Origin: a virus
Taxonomy: Duplodnaviria; Heunggongvirae; Uroviricota; Caudoviricetes
Virus record (IMG/VR): IMGVR_UViG_2585427758_000013
Reading direction: 5' to 3' (one strand)
DNA length: 12,826 nucleotides
Shown here one piece after another: positions 9,111-12,826 of this stretch. Under the pieces are notes generated by a model. The model saw nothing but the letters and a program-made list of their open reading frames with translations. It was not told the DNA's origin and did not search any database. The translations under genes were made by a program, and so were the position numbers. Numbering within the stretch: position 1 is the first letter of the stretch; every line of letters starts with the position of its first letter.

Positions 9111-9699
9111 CATTTTCCTGAGTCTGCCTGGTTGTTTCTTCAGCCTGTATATCGCCTACAGGGTGATAACGATAAATCGTCGATATGCCGATGTCGTAAA
9201 TGATCGCCAGTTGTTTCCTGTCATGACCGTTTTTAATCAGCCTCGCTATTTGCTCGTGTTGTTCTTTTGTCAACTTCGGGCGACGTCCGCCAATGCGTCC
9301 TTGTGCGCGTGCTGCTGCCAGCCCGGCCAGTGTACGCTCTACAATTAATTCACGTTCCATTTCGGCTAAAGCCCCCATGACGTGAAAAAAGAAACGCCCC
9401 ATGGGTGTTGATGTGTCAATGCTGTCCGTCAGACTACGGAAATTAACACCTTTTTCCCGCAATTCCTCAATAAGCGTGATCAGGTGTTTCATACTTCTGC
9501 CCAGTCTGTCCAGCTTCCAGACAACCAGCGTATCTCCTTCTGATAGCGTTCTGAGCAGTTTTTTCAATCCCGGTCTGGCTGATTTCGTTCCGCTGATTTT
9601 ATCTTCAAAAATCAGTTCACATCCTGCGCAGTTCAGTGCATTGCGTTGTAAATCCGTGTTCTGGTCATTTGTTGACACACGAACATAGCCAATTTGCAT
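9100..9699 (-). CDS. serine-recombinase DNA invertase (Hin/Gin/Pin/Cin family)
   Basis: N-terminus MQIGYVRVSTNDQNTDLQRNAL with the catalytic Ser in the GYVRVST block, then TLVVWKLDRLGRSMKHL, FFHVMGALAEMERELI and a C-terminal helix-turn-helix. AGAGGA Shine-Dalgarno 8 nt before the ATG at 9699; the longer ORF to 9894 is probably an upstream extension. Confidence 0.9.
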   Translation of the reverse strand: MQIGYVRVSTNDQNTDLQRNALNCAGCELIFEDKISGTKSARPGLKKLLRTLSEGDTLVVWKLDRLGRSMKHLITLIEELREKGVNFRSLTDSIDTSTPMGRFFFHVMGALAEMERELIVERTLAGLAAARAQGRIGGRRPKLTKEQHEQIARLIKNGHDRKQLAIIYDIGISTIYRYHPVGDIQAEETTRQTQENENR

Positions 9700-9753
9700 A
9701 AAAAACATCCTCTTTGTTTCGTGAAAAATACATAGTTGGTATAGGTAGGGATA

Positions 9754-9779
9754 AAAACGAAAACGTTGGTTTGGGGGAA
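9754..9779 (+). other. putative invertase crossover site 1 (hix/gix-like, 12-2-12)
   Basis: aaaacgaaaacg TT ggtttgggggaa. The inner ...GAAAACG-TT-GGTTT... matches the AAAACC-AA-GGTTT dyad of hix/gix-type sites as I recall them. Confidence 0.55.
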
Positions 9780-10277
9780 GGTTCTGCGCTGCCTGTTGGT
9801 GTGCCCGTTCCGTGGCCCTCAGCAACACCACCAACGGGCTGGCTGAAATGTAACGGCGCAGCATTTTCTTCTGAAATGTATCCCGGACTGGCAAAGGCTT
9901 ACCCCACCAATAAATTACCGGATTTACGGGGTGAATTTATTCGTGGCTGGGATGATGGACGTAGTGCGGATGCGGGGAGAACAATATTATCCGCTCAAGG
10001 TGATGCCATACGTAATATCTATGGTGAGTTCAAGACTGTAAACACTGAAAATTATTCAATATGGGAATCAGTAGGCTCGTTTAAGGGGGCAGTGGTGCCT
10101 TTAAATTCCTCAACAAACAATAGTTATTTCTCCTTAGTCAGAAGTATGGTGACAGAAAGGACAGACGGCGCTGTTTACCCAAAAGTGATTGGCCTTGATG
10201 CTTCAAAAATTGTTCCAACTGCAAACGAAAACCGCCCACGCAACATTGCGTTTAATTACATCGTAAGGGCAGCATGA
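9754..10277 (+). CDS. silent tail-fibre C-terminal (receptor-binding tip) cassette 1; no start codon of its own
   Basis: Frame opens through crossover site 1 as ...ENVGLGEGSALPVGVPVPWPSATPPTGWLKCNGAAFS...PDLRGEFIRGWDDGR, then a unique core, then the conserved end NRPRNIAFNYIVRAA and stop. Sequence upstream of the site is invertase promoter, not fibre coding. Confidence 0.75.
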
Positions 10278-10296
10278 AAACGTTGGTTTGGGGGAA
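10271..10296 (+). other. putative invertase crossover site 2
   Basis: agcatgaaaacg TT ggtttgggggaa. It spans the stop codon of cassette 1 and the first codons of cassette 2. Confidence 0.55.
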
Positions 10297-10821
10297 GGCT
10301 CTGCACTGCCCGTTGGTGTACCTGTTCCGTGGCCCTCAGCCACTCCACCAACGGGCTGGCTGAAATGCAACGGCGCAGCATTTTCTCCTGAAGATTACCC
10401 CAAACTGGCACAGGCTTACCCCGCGAACAAATTACCGGATCTACGGGGTGAATTTATCCGTGGCTGGGATGATGGACGTGGCTTGGATGCTGGGCGTGCC
10501 TTGCTAAGTCTTCAGGATGACTCTTTTGAAGCGCACAGGCATGAGTCCTTTTTTTATGCGGGTATTTCACGTAATGAGATCCCATTAAAAAATCTTCCAA
10601 GTTCAGACGAGATGCTGACTTTAAGTTCCACAACTAATGCCTTGTCCCCGGACGATATTGATGCCACCAACTCGTTAATTGGTAATGACGATTACAACTG
10701 TCTTATCGAAGGGAATAAAAATAACAAACGAACAGCGACAGGACTGAGTACCAGTATTGTCGGCACAGCAGAAACACGCCCCCGCAACGTTGCATTCAAT
10801 TACATCGTAAGAGCCGCATGA
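10288..10821 (+). CDS. silent tail-fibre tip cassette 2 (gene segment; frame is open from 10267 through site 2)
   Basis: Same conserved N-module and C-terminal TRPRNVAFNYIVRAA around a unique core carrying an HRH motif. The M in the ORF track is a TTG inside the crossover site, not a real start. Confidence 0.75.
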   Translation: MGEGSALPVGVPVPWPSATPPTGWLKCNGAAFSPEDYPKLAQAYPANKLPDLRGEFIRGWDDGRGLDAGRALLSLQDDSFEAHRHESFFYAGISRNEIPLKNLPSSDEMLTLSSTTNALSPDDIDATNSLIGNDDYNCLIEGNKNNKRTATGLSTSIVGTAETRPRNVAFNYIVRAA

Positions 10822-10840
10822 AAACGTTGGTTTGGGGAAA
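10815..10840 (+). other. putative invertase crossover site 3
   Basis: cgcatgaaaacg TT ggtttggggaaa (one substitution in the outer right half). Confidence 0.55.
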
Positions 10841-11260
10841 GGCTCTGCGCTGCCCGTTGGTGTGCCCGTTCCGTGGTCCTCAGCAACACCACCAACGGGC
10901 TGGCTGAAATGTAACGGCGCAGCATTTTCTTCTGAAATGTATCCCGGACTGGCAAAGGCTTACCCCACCAATAAATTACCGGATTTACGGGGTGAATTTA
11001 TCCGTGGCTGGGATGATGGGCGCGGGATTGATGCGGGACGTACCCTGCTTTCAGGGCAGGATGGTACAAGTTTTTCTCATTACGGAGGTAATTTCGACAT
11101 TGGGTCTGGTCATTCAATCAATAACTATGACCAAATTGTTTCTAACCAACCAAGCTTTTCCCGTTTTTCATTTGCAGGACCTTCACGAGGTGATGGGGTC
11201 AATTATGTAACCATTCGTCCTCGTAATATTGCGTTTAATTACATCGTAAGGGCAGCATGA
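10832..11260 (+). CDS. silent tail-fibre tip cassette 3 (gene segment)
   Basis: Conserved N-module (nearly identical in DNA to cassette 1), short unique core, conserved C-terminal RPRNIAFNYIVRAA. Confidence 0.75.
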   Translation: MGKGSALPVGVPVPWSSATPPTGWLKCNGAAFSSEMYPGLAKAYPTNKLPDLRGEFIRGWDDGRGIDAGRTLLSGQDGTSFSHYGGNFDIGSGHSINNYDQIVSNQPSFSRFSFAGPSRGDGVNYVTIRPRNIAFNYIVRAA

Positions 11261-11279
11261 AAACGTTGGTTTGGGGGAA
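11254..11279 (+). other. putative invertase crossover site 4
   Basis: agcatgaaaacg TT ggtttgggggaa, identical to site 2. Confidence 0.55.
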
Positions 11280-11747
11280 GGCTCTGCACTGCCCGTTGGT
11301 GTGCCTGTTCCATGGCCCTTAGCAACACCACCAACGGGCTGGCTGAAATGTAACGGTGCAGCATTTTCTTCTGAAATGTACCCCAAACTGGCAAAAGCCT
11401 ACCCCACTAATAAATTACCGGATTTACGCGGAGAATTTATCCGTGGCTGGGATGATGGGCGAGGAATTGATGCGGCACGCGCTTTATTGAGCATTCAAAA
11501 CGGGATGTTGGAAAAACACCGCCATATTGTTGTAGCTAACGATGGATATGACACAAAAGATGAATGGGAGTTGGCTACGATTTTCAAAAAAACATATACA
11601 CAAGGCAGGGGGCTTGATGCCACAAATACAGGAGGGAGTTTGATTCCATCACCAACGCTTCATTCACGAGGAAGTATTGGTAACACAGGTGGTAGTGAAA
11701 CCCGCCCCCGCAATATTGCATTTAACTATATCGTGAGGGCGGCTTAG
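11271..11747 (+). CDS. silent tail-fibre tip cassette 4 (gene segment)
   Basis: Conserved N-module, unique core with HRH motif, conserved C-terminal ETRPRNIAFNYIVRAA. Stop TAG at 11745-11747, convergent with the tfa stop 6 bp away. Confidence 0.75.
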   Translation: MGEGSALPVGVPVPWPLATPPTGWLKCNGAAFSSEMYPKLAKAYPTNKLPDLRGEFIRGWDDGRGIDAARALLSIQNGMLEKHRHIVVANDGYDTKDEWELATIFKKTYTQGRGLDATNTGGSLIPSPTLHSRGSIGNTGGSETRPRNIAFNYIVRAA

Positions 11748-11753
11748 TTATAT

Positions 11754-12365
11754 TCAACTGGCTGCTGCCAGTGGTATTTCCGGCAAGTTGATATCTGGTA
11801 CCATGTTTATATCCATTGCGTTCAGCGCGTCTATATAATCCAGCACGGCATTAAGCCGGGTGGTTTCTGCCTGCGTCAACTTCCGCCCGGCCTGCAACTT
11901 CAACTGAATCAGACTTATGGAAGCCATTGCCGCATCAGCCAGTGACTGGCGCTTGGTTTCTGCCGCTTCTACTGCGGCACGATGTTGTGCCTCAGTATCT
12001 GTCACCCATTTTTCACCATCCCATTTATCGTATGGTGTTAACGGGGCGATAGTGGTTGTAGTTTTCGGGTAGTCACCCAGCGCCGTGATTTCTTCGGTGT
12101 TTCCCGTGTCAGTGCTATAGACGGTTTCACCACGATGGTCTGGCGCATACTCCCATGAACTTAAATTCTCCGAACGGCGGATAGCATAGCCCGCTTTATG
12201 TGCGCCCGGGGCATCTAAACAGGAATTTGCCGGAATACCGACACCCACAGCAAGATATTCAGTTGATTCGGAAATATATTCCCGTGTCTCACCATCATAG
12301 TTATAAACGACGATGTTTCCTGCCTGTACGGCAATAAGGTCATCATTTAATATCGCGTTATTCAT
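11754..12365 (-). CDS. tail fibre assembly protein / chaperone (Tfa; P2 gpG or Mu U-like)
   Basis: 203-aa ORF whose ATG overlaps the stop of cassette 5 (TAATG), i.e. translationally coupled. C-terminal region (...LNAVLDYIDALNAMDINMVPDINLPEIP) resembles the conserved Tfa C-terminus. Confidence 0.8.
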   Translation of the reverse strand: MNNAILNDDLIAVQAGNIVVYNYDGETREYISESTEYLAVGVGIPANSCLDAPGAHKAGYAIRRSENLSSWEYAPDHRGETVYSTDTGNTEEITALGDYPKTTTTIAPLTPYDKWDGEKWVTDTEAQHRAAVEAAETKRQSLADAAMASISLIQLKLQAGRKLTQAETTRLNAVLDYIDALNAMDINMVPDINLPEIPLAAAS

Positions 12366-12826
12366 TATGCGGTTCTCACAATATAATTGAAGGCAATATT
12401 GCGTGGGCGGTTTTCATTCCCATCTGAGGATTCCGTTCTGTATTGACTGGTAAATCTACCGTTAATTGCACCTTGCCGGACGGCGTTATCTGTCGACAAC
12501 AGACTATCCCCTCTTTTGTCATTTGGCACCAGTACCGTGTTATCCCACGCATCCCATGACCGAATATTATGATAATGACTTCCTGTTAACCACCCCTGCA
12601 TGCTTAAGATGCCCCTTCCGGCATCCACCCCGCGCCCATCATCCCAGCCACGGATAAACTCACCGCGTAAATCAGGTAATTTTAACGTTGGGTAAACCTT
12701 TGCCAGATTTGGGTACATTTCAGAAGAAAATGCTGCACCGTTACATTTCAGCCAGCCCGTTGGTGGTGTGGCTGAGGGCCATGGAACAGGCACACCAACG
12801 GGCAGTGCAGAGCCTTCCCCCAAACC
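12365..12826 (-). CDS. expressed-position tail-fibre tip cassette 5; 3' part of the tail fibre gene, 5' end beyond the window
   Basis: Same conserved N-module (GEGSALPVGVPVPWPSATPPTGWLKCNGAAFS...) and C-terminus (RPRNIAFNYIVRTA) around a unique core with an HYH motif. The reading frame continues upstream off the window, so this is the C-terminus of a longer H-like fibre gene. Confidence 0.8.
   Translation of the reverse strand, partial: GLGEGSALPVGVPVPWPSATPPTGWLKCNGAAFSSEMYPNLAKVYPTLKLPDLRGEFIRGWDDGRGVDAGRGILSMQGWLTGSHYHNIRSWDAWDNTVLVPNDKRGDSLLSTDNAVRQGAINGRFTSQYRTESSDGNENRPRNIAFNYIVRTA
12815..12826 (-). other. right half of putative crossover site 5 (inverted orientation; core and left half lie beyond the window end)
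   Basis: The window ends ...ttcccccaaacc, the reverse complement of ggtttgggggaa. The core dinucleotide would be the next two bases past the window. Confidence 0.5.

Noticed and set aside
9070-9688. Plus-strand ORFs 9070-9348 and 9401-9688 antisense to the invertase
   Set aside because: They lie opposite a strongly conserved recombinase; the translations are Cys/Leu/Phe-rich nonsense.
9714-9753. ATG at 9714 as a true start for cassette 1 (MFREKYIVGIGRDKN...)
   Set aside because: This stretch is the invertase promoter/5' UTR on the other strand and is not conserved in the other cassettes. The Met codons in the ORF track for cassettes 2-4 are TTG triplets inside the crossover site, so none of the silent cassettes has its own start.
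10992-11386. ORFs 10992-11210 (plus) and 11183-11386 (minus) inside cassettes 3 and 4
   Set aside because: Alternative-frame or antisense shadows of the cassette coding sequence.
9754-11747. CRISPR array or satellite repeat as an explanation for the ~450-550 bp periodic repeats
   Set aside because: The repeat units are about 190 bp of conserved coding sequence flanking long, unrelated, in-frame protein-coding cores. There are no short spacer-repeat units, and the recombination partner is a serine invertase, not cas genes.

Overview
The window opens with a complete seryl-tRNA synthetase gene (serS, 1-1293) and its terminators, then a small Hok/Mok-type toxin locus, then a P2-family contractile-tail gene cluster. 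The tail cluster reads: ogr-like zinc-finger activator and gpD on the minus strand (1930-3340); sheath FI, tube FII, chaperone E with an E' frameshift extension, tape measure T and gpU on the plus strand (3498-9073). The right-hand 3.7 kb (9100-12826) is the most interesting part. It holds a Hin/Gin/Pin/Cin-family serine invertase followed by four tandem, start-codon-less tail-fibre tip cassettes on the plus strand, each preceded by a 26-bp hix/gix-like crossover site. A fifth cassette lies on the minus strand, translationally coupled to a tail-fibre assembly gene, and runs off the window edge towards the presumed constant part of the fibre gene. I read this as a multi-site, shufflon-like inversion system that swaps the receptor-binding tip of a P2-type tail fibre among at least five alternatives. 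All calls rest on reading the sequence and on remembered family motifs; no database search was possible.
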